Source: Nitrospirota bacterium (GTDB taxonomy: Bacteria > Nitrospirota > UBA9217). Taken from it: DNA of 64,000 nucleotides. Position numbers and translations under genes: made by a program. The stretch is from contig CAVVUN010000004.1 in NCBI GenBank assembly GCA_963751455.1, positions 20,946 through 84,945 of the forward strand, given 5' to 3'. Each line of letters opens with the position of its first letter. The first letter of the stretch is position 1. The notes under the pieces were generated by a model that worked only from the letters and a program-made list of their open reading frames with translations, was not told the origin of the DNA and made no database searches. Below, piece by piece: positions 9,517-18,452 of the stretch.

Positions 9517-12500
9517 TGATGAGCGGTTCAAGCTCAGGGAGGAGAAGATCAAGTCCCTTGGATACAAGGCACAGGAACGGCATCAGGCAATGGCCGAAGG
9601 ATACCGGAAGGCTTTGACGGATTATTTGGCGCTCATAGATGAAATACCATTGAGTAGTCAGGAGACAGTAGACAGGAGACAGGAGAAAATTAACAAACTC
9701 AAGAACCTCCTCGATAAGATCACTCCGAAAAAGAAACGGCAGATTATTGGAAGCCTGCCGTACAAGCACTTGAATTATCCTGCTGTCGAACCAAGCACAG
9801 CATCCGAAATCACGCCTGCATACAGGGGCGGGAACAAGACTGTGACCCCCGATGACACCAAGAGCACCGAATCAGCGCCTATTTCGAAAACGATCTCTGA
9901 ACTCGCTCAGTCATTGAACTGGCAGCCGGTTGCCATCTACGAATACGTAAAAAATTCCATCGAAACCGAATGGTACTGGGGCTGTCAGAAGGGCGCGGAG
10001 GAAACTCTGCGCCAGAAGAGCGGCAACGACTGTGATCAGGCGCTGCTCCTCTCAGCCCTCCTCAAATCTGCAGGATTCCCGACGAGGCTGGTTCGGGCAA
10101 ATATCCAGTTCTTCGCATCCGACGATAAACCTATCGAGAGAGTCAAGAACCTCATTGGCATTGATGATCCATGGAAGATCGCGGAGTTCTTTCAGAAGGC
10201 GGGAATACCATATAAACCCATCATTGCGGGCGGAACGATCCGGAATTTCGAAATTTCTCACATTTACGTCGAATCGCTTATCCCGATGGCGAACTATCGG
10301 GGCGTGGTCATCGACGAACTTGGAAAGACCTGGCTTGGACTTGATACCTCGATAAAAACCACGGATTATGTTTACAACAATGCAAAGGATATATTCCAGG
10401 AGCCAGGGGTCAGTAGTCAGTTGTCAGGAGTTCGGGACGAATATCTAAGCGCGGTTCAGACCCTCACGCCGCTTGAATTCCTCCAATCGCGCATCAACTC
10501 TGAACTTGGAACTCTGAACTCTGAACTTACTTACAGCAATTTTCTTCGCACCAGGACGCTCCCTCCCCATAACATGAAAATTCTTCCCTACGGCATGCAG
10601 TTCATCGAAAAGACAATCACTGGCGAATACACAGACATCCCGGATGAGTTGACGCATAAAGTACGTTTCATCGCCAAAGATACTCAGAACTCTGAACTCC
10701 TGAACGTTGAACTCGATACATACAAACTCAGCAATCAGCAGGTAGCGATAAGCTATGAGCCAGAATCCGTCGAGGACCAGGCGATCATTAATTCCTACGG
10801 AGGGCTGGATAATACGCCCTCGTATTTGGTGAGATTGCGTTCGGTTTTGAAGATAAATAACGAACGAATTGTCGTAGCGGCAGGGGGGCTTCCGATGGGA
10901 TCGGATTATAATCTGACCATCGAGATATATTCGCCCTCAATAAACGGGAGCGATGCACTTGCGCAGACGATAACCAACACCCTGATCGTCGGCAACCTCT
11001 CGGTTATCGGCATTACAGCAGGGAAAGCCGCTCTTACTCCCTCGCCCCTTGCGGGAGAGGGCGGGGGTGAGGGGGAAAAAGACGCTGAACGGCTACTGTA
11101 TGAGGCAGCGCAGCATTATATCGACAGATGGAATCAAGCCGAAGACGAACTTGCGTCGCTCCTTCATCTCACAATTGCCCGTCCGCTCCCGACTGTCATC
11201 ACGGTCGGCGGTGTTATAGATATTGATTATCTGCTGGATATGCCTCACGGGTTCACCTGGAAAGGCGTGTATGTGGATGCAGACCTACGAACAATAGAGA
11301 TCGTGAGGAATGAGGCAGGAGGCGTGAGGGGAGAAGCAGAGAAAATATTCATGCAGCTTTCTTCATTGCAGGGTTCCGTACTCGAAAACAGGATATTTGA
11401 AGATGATTTTCAGGTTGAAAGTATTTCCACGGCAAAGTTGATCGGGAGAGCACAGGGCACTGAACCCGGAATACAGATGCTGACGATAGACAAAGCGAAC
11501 ATCAACACTGTTCTGCCGACGCTTACGCTGGATGATAATGTCAAAGAAGATATCACGAATGCAGTTAATCAAAATCTTACTGTTTATATTCCACAAACTA
11601 CGAGCTATGCGCTATCAGCTATCAACTACATGGACTGGGCCGGGATCGGCTGGATCAAAGAAAACGCCACAACCGGCGAATCCGGCTGGATGCTTTCCGG
11701 GTCAATCGCGGGCGGCATGACGGCAAAGAAAAAGGAGCAATGGATCAATCAGGATATCGCAAACGAACTGAGTCTGCCGTATACTCCCGGGGTAAATCAG
11801 GACCCGAATGCAGTGGCAACCCTCGTTCGGATCAATAGAGCAATGGGGGACTACCAGAAAGGAACGGTAGGAGAACAATTGTACACGCCCTTCGAAGTCA
11901 TGGCACGAGACAGCACGGGCAGAGCGGTAAAGGGCGTTCTTGTGACGTTTAAAACCATCGCGGGAGGCGGCGTGCTCATGGGCGCCAATCCCGATGGGTC
12001 CGGAAATCCCATTACGGGAACGGAAATTACCGTTAAAACGGGACCCAATGGCATCGCTTGGGCAGTGCTCACGTTGGGCCAAGAGACGACTGCATCACCT
12101 TACTGGTTGGAAGATACGCCCCACTGGACCCTTGTGGGCCTGAACCAGGTCACGGCATCAGCCCAGGCGGCCACGGGTACGATCTATACCGACAAGCCCT
12201 TCGAAGCGTACGGAAGACCCGGAAAAGCCGTAAAAATTACTAAAGTCAGCGGAGATCAGCTTTATGGCAGCGTCAATACGTTCTCCGGAACGATATCGAC
12301 AATAGTGCAAGATCAATATGATAATCCAGTCTCGAACCAGACGGTCACGTTCACGGTCCGGCCCCAGGACTTCGGACCAATCGCGCCGACAGGAGCGGAC
12401 ATCCAAAACGCAGCTATATTCGGAAATACAGAAGACTGCCCCATGCCTGCAGTCCGCTCTTGTCCTACCGCAACGACCAATTTATCAAAGCAAACAGACA

Positions 12501-13051
12501 GCTCCGGAGCGCTGGCCTATGTGATCATGGGGAATACGGATGACACTCTCTATACAATAAGAGCACAAACCACGATCATTAATCAACAAGGACAAAGTCA
12601 GAATCTCTTTGTCGATTTCCAGCACTATGTCGCACCCCGGCCAAGGACAGGCGGCAAGATAGCAGACCCATACCTGAGCGTAGTCTCAGTCTACTCCGTG
12701 GACGAGAAGGGAAGGGAGATAGACGCCGGGAATCCGGGCCAAGTCTTCCCTGAAAAACTGACGGCAGCGATGTACTTTACCCAAGAGAAACCCGTGGAAG
12801 GGACCTGCCAGGGCAGCAGAATATTCACTACGGAACCGGTTACTGATGCAACCATGCGCTTCACACCGACGCAGGGCGGAGGAAGCGTCAATCCTACATC
12901 TCTCACGTCAGGACAAAATGGTTTCTATTCCACAACCTTGTCTTTAGGGCCGCAGCGGGAAAAACATTATCCAAGCCGATGGATCCGTAACCAAGACCGT
13001 TCAAAAGGCGGACTCATTCGGAAATTGCACAGAAACCACCACGGAATATAA
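9227..13051 (+). CDS. Secreted transglutaminase-like + Big_1 Ig protein, module 1, N-terminal part (frameshift at ~12955 joins it to 13062-15800; ~2190 aa in total)
   Basis: Signal peptide; GNDCDQALLL..LKSAGFPTRL, HIYVE, WLGLDTS; colinear with 21639-28247; the shifted frame after GPQ reads NIIQADGSVTKTVQKADSFGNC like the paralogue. Confidence 0.8.
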   Translation: MGRNAIFSFFQSASTLGRARPKVVFYLFLILAFIILFPVMSYAADNNLEKDVQTSLEQSRAIVIIIRNKIQSDSSISAEIAQLKKEAENIRVSHMLLDERFKLREEKIKSLGYKAQERHQAMAEGYRKALTDYLALIDEIPLSSQETVDRRQEKINKLKNLLDKITPKKKRQIIGSLPYKHLNYPAVEPSTASEITPAYRGGNKTVTPDDTKSTESAPISKTISELAQSLNWQPVAIYEYVKNSIETEWYWGCQKGAEETLRQKSGNDCDQALLLSALLKSAGFPTRLVRANIQFFASDDKPIERVKNLIGIDDPWKIAEFFQKAGIPYKPIIAGGTIRNFEISHIYVESLIPMANYRGVVIDELGKTWLGLDTSIKTTDYVYNNAKDIFQEPGVSSQLSGVRDEYLSAVQTLTPLEFLQSRINSELGTLNSELTYSNFLRTRTLPPHNMKILPYGMQFIEKTITGEYTDIPDELTHKVRFIAKDTQNSELLNVELDTYKLSNQQVAISYEPESVEDQAIINSYGGLDNTPSYLVRLRSVLKINNERIVVAAGGLPMGSDYNLTIEIYSPSINGSDALAQTITNTLIVGNLSVIGITAGKAALTPSPLAGEGGGEGEKDAERLLYEAAQHYIDRWNQAEDELASLLHLTIARPLPTVITVGGVIDIDYLLDMPHGFTWKGVYVDADLRTIEIVRNEAGGVRGEAEKIFMQLSSLQGSVLENRIFEDDFQVESISTAKLIGRAQGTEPGIQMLTIDKANINTVLPTLTLDDNVKEDITNAVNQNLTVYIPQTTSYALSAINYMDWAGIGWIKENATTGESGWMLSGSIAGGMTAKKKEQWINQDIANELSLPYTPGVNQDPNAVATLVRINRAMGDYQKGTVGEQLYTPFEVMARDSTGRAVKGVLVTFKTIAGGGVLMGANPDGSGNPITGTEITVKTGPNGIAWAVLTLGQETTASPYWLEDTPHWTLVGLNQVTASAQAATGTIYTDKPFEAYGRPGKAVKITKVSGDQLYGSVNTFSGTISTIVQDQYDNPVSNQTVTFTVRPQDFGPIAPTGADIQNAAIFGNTEDCPMPAVRSCPTATTNLSKQTDSSGALAYVIMGNTDDTLYTIRAQTTIINQQGQSQNLFVDFQHYVAPRPRTGGKIADPYLSVVSVYSVDEKGREIDAGNPGQVFPEKLTAAMYFTQEKPVEGTCQGSRIFTTEPVTDATMRFTPTQGGGSVNPTSLTSGQNGFYSTTLSLGPQREKHYPSRWIRNQDRSKGGLIRKLHRNHHGI

Positions 13052-13061
13052 AGCATCGACA

Positions 13062-15800
13062 ATGTTCGACATCTGGGGTGTCAAGACCACCTTGGAAGCG
13101 AATCAGCTTATCCTCATAAACGACGGTGGTTATCCCGTAGCCGACACACCGATCCAGTATACCGTCCAGCCGGGAGATTACCAGTACGGCAAACAGAATG
13201 TGTATATTAACGTCTACGAGAACAACGCATGGATGGGTCTGATCCAAGCGGACATAAACGGCACTATCACCATAAGTCCCGGCGCAGCAAAGTTCGACAT
13301 CACCAAGACCTACACGGGGGAGATCGTAGTGCGCAGCGGAGGGGATATTCAGATTAGAAGTGAAAAAGTGACACTTCCGGTGGCGCAGTTGCGGGTAATG
13401 ACCGATGAAAGCACCCCGAAAGAGGCCAACGAGATCAAGTTCGGGAACGGGAGCAATGCAAAGAAGCGCTATAGCATTGCGCTTGAGTCTCGTGCATTGA
13501 TGACCACCTGTGTCAGCTTGTCCGGATCAATGCGTATTTTAGACAAGAACGGCCAGACTATTACCGTACCGGGGTCTCAAGATGAGTATTATGCTGCTGA
13601 ATATCCTCTGGATTTTCACCCCACCTTAGATAACACATGTCACGTAACAGTAGATACATCTGGCGGCATGGACAAATTTATTCTCTCAAATCTTCCGAAG
13701 ACTATTTTAGAGGATCGAAATACCGTGTCTGATGACACGGCAGTACTCTATGGCGGCATAGGCAATATCGTCCAAGTGAATATAAATGGTGTAAAGAAGG
13801 ACATCTCAATTGAACCCGTCGGTGTTATCGTCTTGGGGATCGATGGGTTGCGACAGGATGTATTATATGCGCCGGAAGAGCAACAGGTGAACCCTCTGGG
13901 GACACAATCGCCATATTATGTTGAACCGTCACAGATGAATGGGTTATGCGAAGTCTTAGGTGGCAAAAAGGGTGGCCTCTTCTCTCTCTTTTCCTGTGAT
14001 ACGGCGGGGTGGGAAAACAAACATCTTAAGTTCCAAAACGTGACTGCTGTTTTCCCCAGTATCACCCTGGCTTCCTGGGCGAGCATTTTTACCGGGATGA
14101 TGCCGGGAACCACCATCGACAGCAATGGAAATAATATCGGAGGCACAGGCATTCTCGGCAATGAGTTCTTTGCAAGAGACCTATATCTTCAGAATGTTGG
14201 AGTTCCGCGGTATCTCGACGACAGTGGCGTTTTCCAACGAAAATATAATCCTGCAGGGATAATCTCATTCTCAAGCGGAGCATTTCAAGGTTACGATGAA
14301 TATACCAACCCAGAAAAGATGACTCAAGGTTTCTTCGTTCCATATCAATTAAACTGGAACGAGTCTGCCAGCCCCGTCAGAACAGCGACTGCACAAGGTA
14401 CGCCTCAAAACGACCCCGACATTCTCACAGCGCAGACTTTATTTGAACGCATAACCGGTGACCCGGGCATGGGAAATGTCAAAAAATATTTCAGGGAGAA
14501 AGGCGGAGATCCCGTAGTCGTTGCGAATAACCATTATGCGCGAGGCGCATACTGGCTGACGTGGGATTTAAACATATACGGCACCTCGGCAGAGACACTC
14601 GATGCTCAGAGTTGGGACAAATTTGATGATTATCTGCAAGGTAAATACACGGATGGCATAGGCGGCATATTGGGCAGAAACAAGACGCCATTTTCAGCTC
14701 TAACCGTGTGGTATCTTCCAGGTCTCGATCATTACGCACATGTCAGTGGCATGGATGGGTATAAAAGCTATTTCCGCACGACGACGGATAGCTATATCAG
14801 GAAAGTTGTAGACAAGCTTAAGGGACTAGATGAGTTTGATAATAAAATATTCATCCTCACCGCCGATCACGGCCATACAGCAATGCCGCTGCCGGAGCAA
14901 ATGACTCTGGAAGAAAAGGACGAGAATGGAAATGTTATTCAGACATGGTACGGCGACGCCTCCGACGAATTGAAGGTTGACAAGTTCGGAAACAAGAAGG
15001 TCCAATTCTCCGAACTTGCCAATAACAATCTTCACATTTGGGAGTTGGCGAATCTGTTCGCTCAATTTCCGGATCCAAATATTTCATTGAAAGTTCTCGC
15101 ACCCCAAGAAATCGCTAAAGTTTCAGACCTCTCTAAAGCAGCTACCGCTGATATTAATCAGGCAAATATAGTAGCGGCACTGAACGGCCCGATGGCTCAT
15201 ATTTATATAAAAGGGAGTGACTGGAAGAGTAACCCGGACTCTATGACCTTGAATTCCGTATTGGTCAACCTTAATAGAATTTTGCAGGCGGGAGATAGCG
15301 CAACGGGTAAGCTTGCAGAGAATATAAAGGAACATTTTCCCAGGCTAAGTTCTTCTATCGATATAATTCTCTTGAGAAGAAGTCTCGATGCCGAATATGA
15401 AGTGGTAGAAAATGTCGGCGAAGACGCGCATGGTAATGTCGTGGTAACGTCGAGTCCATTAAATGAATATTTTGATGCGCACCCTGAATATGTTGCGGCT
15501 GTGAGTAGAGTCAATGGGATGAATAACAAAGACAGAAGTGGAGATATTGTTCTCATCATGAAAGATGAGATGAACAATGTTAGCAATCGCTTCACGACAG
15601 GTGTTTCTTGCAAATCATGGCATGGAAGTTTGAATAAGAGCGATTCATATGTTCCATTAGTCGTTTCATATCCTGGAGGCAACAAGTTTGAACTTGGTAC
15701 TGTTTTGAACACAACGTGTCCAAATAATAATTGCATCGGCAATTGGAAGTTATCAGATTTGGTGAAGGAAATCGTGACAACGCAATATTCAGGACAATAG
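13062..15800 (+). CDS. C-terminal part of the module 1 protein: alkaline-phosphatase-superfamily (NPP/phosphodiesterase) domain
   Basis: GIDGLRQD, PSITLASWASIFTG, GNEFF, LDHYAH, ADHGH, SWHGSL; no signal peptide of its own. Confidence 0.82.
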   Translation: MFDIWGVKTTLEANQLILINDGGYPVADTPIQYTVQPGDYQYGKQNVYINVYENNAWMGLIQADINGTITISPGAAKFDITKTYTGEIVVRSGGDIQIRSEKVTLPVAQLRVMTDESTPKEANEIKFGNGSNAKKRYSIALESRALMTTCVSLSGSMRILDKNGQTITVPGSQDEYYAAEYPLDFHPTLDNTCHVTVDTSGGMDKFILSNLPKTILEDRNTVSDDTAVLYGGIGNIVQVNINGVKKDISIEPVGVIVLGIDGLRQDVLYAPEEQQVNPLGTQSPYYVEPSQMNGLCEVLGGKKGGLFSLFSCDTAGWENKHLKFQNVTAVFPSITLASWASIFTGMMPGTTIDSNGNNIGGTGILGNEFFARDLYLQNVGVPRYLDDSGVFQRKYNPAGIISFSSGAFQGYDEYTNPEKMTQGFFVPYQLNWNESASPVRTATAQGTPQNDPDILTAQTLFERITGDPGMGNVKKYFREKGGDPVVVANNHYARGAYWLTWDLNIYGTSAETLDAQSWDKFDDYLQGKYTDGIGGILGRNKTPFSALTVWYLPGLDHYAHVSGMDGYKSYFRTTTDSYIRKVVDKLKGLDEFDNKIFILTADHGHTAMPLPEQMTLEEKDENGNVIQTWYGDASDELKVDKFGNKKVQFSELANNNLHIWELANLFAQFPDPNISLKVLAPQEIAKVSDLSKAATADINQANIVAALNGPMAHIYIKGSDWKSNPDSMTLNSVLVNLNRILQAGDSATGKLAENIKEHFPRLSSSIDIILLRRSLDAEYEVVENVGEDAHGNVVVTSSPLNEYFDAHPEYVAAVSRVNGMNNKDRSGDIVLIMKDEMNNVSNRFTTGVSCKSWHGSLNKSDSYVPLVVSYPGGNKFELGTVLNTTCPNNNCIGNWKLSDLVKEIVTTQYSGQ

Positions 15801-15812
15801 GGAGGCAAGACC

Positions 15813-16712
15813 ATGAGAAACAAATCGCTTATTATTTCATTCATCGTACTATTTCTTATTCCCTTAACGGGTTTTTCACAAACCGTCTCCGATTATTTAA
15901 TCCTTCAAGATATGGGTTCCTATAAATTAGATAGACCGGAAAAAATGCTTCCTGGAAGACCCCCGATGGGTGGGCCTGAGACATTTGATAGTCCAGGGGT
16001 CATTGGTGCCGCAGATCACTTTTCTTTAGATCATACTGATAAAACTTACAAAGTAATGTACATCGGCGGGAACGGGCTTCCATCCCCCACCGTTAAAGTC
16101 ACCAAACACTCCAGCTCCGATTCAGACAAGTGGCTGCTGCATGAGGTAGAGGATAGTTATAGGAACAATGATGACTCAGATAAAAGGTTGGGTCTATTGT
16201 CGGGCGCCGGTGTCAAGATACGAGAGATCGCCGGCAACAAATTTATCTATTGGGGGTTAGGAGGCGGCAGCTACACCTGGATCAGTGGTCAAAAAGTGAT
16301 TGAAATAAAATATACGGATTTACAAAGAACAAAACCAGAACCAATCGAGGTCATTCAAGCGTATCTTCAAAAGCACCCTTCCACGATAACTTCAACCTTT
16401 GTGTTTGACCAAGTACACGATGTCCAATGGATCAAAGACGAAATGGACCGTCGTCTGTGGTTGTGCGACAAGTGGTTCTATCAATTGCAGCTTGAGAAAG
16501 TTCAGCAGAATGAGGTATTCCAACAGGCCGTCAAGAGCATGAATGTCTTCCTTGATTACCGGGAGAAATACTACGGGATCAAAGCAGTGGATGAAAAAAA
16601 TTTACTTTCTTCTTATCTGAACACGAACAACGGCACGGGCATCAAGGCAAAGCTCAAAGAATACAAGGACTGGTGGGCGCTCAATAAAGATAAGGCTATC
16701 ACCCTTTCTTAG
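15813..16712 (+). CDS. Secreted partner protein, paralogue 1 (function unknown)
   Basis: RBS GGGAGG, signal peptide, SDYLILQD, C-terminal WIKDEMDRRLWLCDKWF..KDWWALNKDKAITL shared with 16800 and 28261. Confidence 0.85.
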   Translation: MRNKSLIISFIVLFLIPLTGFSQTVSDYLILQDMGSYKLDRPEKMLPGRPPMGGPETFDSPGVIGAADHFSLDHTDKTYKVMYIGGNGLPSPTVKVTKHSSSDSDKWLLHEVEDSYRNNDDSDKRLGLLSGAGVKIREIAGNKFIYWGLGGGSYTWISGQKVIEIKYTDLQRTKPEPIEVIQAYLQKHPSTITSTFVFDQVHDVQWIKDEMDRRLWLCDKWFYQLQLEKVQQNEVFQQAVKSMNVFLDYREKYYGIKAVDEKNLLSSYLNTNNGTGIKAKLKEYKDWWALNKDKAITLS

Positions 16713-16799
16713 GAGAATCTTGTAGGGCATTTGTTCCTACGGTGCATAGAGGACTTGGTAAAAGAAACTCAATATTAAGTCAGTAGGAAGGCACACCGA

Positions 16800-17687
16800 A
16801 TGAAAATCAACCGCATGGCAACATCACTAATCTTTTTTCTTCTTCCAGCATCAGGCTTCTCTCAGAGTTTCTCTGATTATTTAATTTTACAAGATATCAG
16901 CCCATACAAGCTAGAAGCGGCTCAGAAGGTAGTGGGCGGCTATATCGGTGGCCCACGTGTGTTCGATGGTGCGGGCATCATTGCTCCTACAGGTCATTTC
17001 TATCTTGATCACACTGACAAAACATATGAGGCCTATTATGAAGGGGGAAGCACTTTGTCTTCTGTAACAGTACAAGTCACCAAACACTCCGGCTCTGATT
17101 CAGATAAGTGGCTGGTGCATGAGGTAGAGGATAGTTACCGTGATGGTGATAATTCGGATAATAGACTTGGCTTGTTGTCTGGAGCCGGCGTCAAGATACG
17201 AGACATCGTCGGAAGTAAATTCATCTATTGGGGGTTAGGGGGCGGCAATTACACTTGGACTAGCGGTCAAAAAGTGATCGAAATAAAATATACAGATTTG
17301 CAACGAACAAAACCAGAACCAATCGAGGTTGTTCAAGCGTATCTTCAAAAGCACCCTTCCACGATACCCTCAACCTTTGTGTTTGACCAAGCACATGACA
17401 TCCAATGGATCAAAGACGAAATGGACCGCCGCCTGTGGCTATGCGACAAGTGGTTTCTGCAAATTACGCTTAAGAAAGCCGATGAAAAGCAGGTTTACCA
17501 GGAATCCGTCAAGAGCATGAACATCTTCCTCGATTACCGCGAGAAATATTACGGTATTAAGGCGGCGGACGAAAAAAATCTCCTTGCCGGGTACTTAAGC
17601 ACAAACAACGGCACGGGTATAAAGACCAAATTGAAAGAGTATAAAGATTGGTGGGCACTCAATAAAGACAAGGCGATTACCCTGTAA
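16800..17687 (+). CDS. Secreted partner protein, paralogue 2
   Basis: Signal peptide; same conserved blocks as 15813 and 28261. Confidence 0.85.
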   Translation: MKINRMATSLIFFLLPASGFSQSFSDYLILQDISPYKLEAAQKVVGGYIGGPRVFDGAGIIAPTGHFYLDHTDKTYEAYYEGGSTLSSVTVQVTKHSGSDSDKWLVHEVEDSYRDGDNSDNRLGLLSGAGVKIRDIVGSKFIYWGLGGGNYTWTSGQKVIEIKYTDLQRTKPEPIEVVQAYLQKHPSTIPSTFVFDQAHDIQWIKDEMDRRLWLCDKWFLQITLKKADEKQVYQESVKSMNIFLDYREKYYGIKAADEKNLLAGYLSTNNGTGIKTKLKEYKDWWALNKDKAITL

Positions 17688-17698
17688 TAGAGGTTGAG

Positions 17699-18124
17699 AT
17701 GAAATTTAATCCATTATTTTCAATACTGGTAATTACATGTGCAATTAGTTCTATCGCTATAGCAGAGCAAGAACAAACCTTTCAAGTACTAAAAATATCA
17801 TCTCAAGATCAGAGGGCAGTTATCAAAAACTCTGAAGGGAATGTGCAGATCATCAAGGCAGGGGACGTGATTGGTGATGGCAGCAAAGTTACAGAGATAA
17901 CTGAGGGACGAGTTGTTCTGGAAGAAAAGAACGGCAACGAGGTGGAGACTGTTATCATCAGGCTGGAAGACGGGAAACAGCGGGTAGAGAGAATCAAGAA
18001 GCTTGGCGAAAAACAGCCGGAGTTTTATGCGGTCAAAGCGCCTAAAGAGCAAAAGAAATGGCGCGAGCCTGTGAAGGAGAAGAAGAAACAGAAAAAGCCT
18101 AAGAAAGATAAAGCTGCAAAGTAG
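17699..18124 (+). CDS. Small exported beta-rich protein, PilP/GspC-HR-like, with Lys-rich tail
   Basis: RAVIKNSEGNVQIIKAGDVIGDGSKVTEITEGRVVLEE; paralogue of 30010-30468; ORF clear, fold assignment inferred. Confidence 0.7.
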   Translation: MKFNPLFSILVITCAISSIAIAEQEQTFQVLKISSQDQRAVIKNSEGNVQIIKAGDVIGDGSKVTEITEGRVVLEEKNGNEVETVIIRLEDGKQRVERIKKLGEKQPEFYAVKAPKEQKKWREPVKEKKKQKKPKKDKAAK

Positions 18125-18188
18125 GCTTTATTGAAGATTAGGTTTAACGAGGCAACGCCTCAGGTCAATAAATAAACCAACACCCTTG

Positions 18189-18304
18189 AACCGCGAAGGC
18201 GCGAGGAGCGCGAAGAGAACCATAAATAAGGGCCTTTTTCCAGTTTTAAACCAAGATCATTATTTTGTTTTTGATTTCCTTCGCGTCTTTTGCGCCCCGG
18301 CGGT
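18189..18304. repeat. Triple-repeat inverted element (CGCGAAG type), absent from the equivalent gap in module 2
   Basis: aaccgcgaaggcgcgaggagcgcgaag ... cttcgcgtcttttgcgccccggcggt; gap 328 nt vs 86 nt in module 2. Confidence 0.7.
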
Positions 18305-18452
18305 AAATGGTTGTGCTTTTGGTTTTGTCTTTGACCTGAAACTCAAAATTCAAGATGCCTGTTCGTAACAGTACTTTAAATCGGTCAAAAAACTAAAATA
18401 TTCTGAACAGCAGCAGGGAAGATGTTCATTTAGTTTCCTGGGAGGAGAGGCA

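Noticed and set aside
12945-12970. Programmed frameshift or phase variation splitting the module 1 protein
   Set aside because: Restoring ~2 nt in short homopolymers gives an ORF colinear with the paralogue, and similar indels affect eno, so error is more likely.
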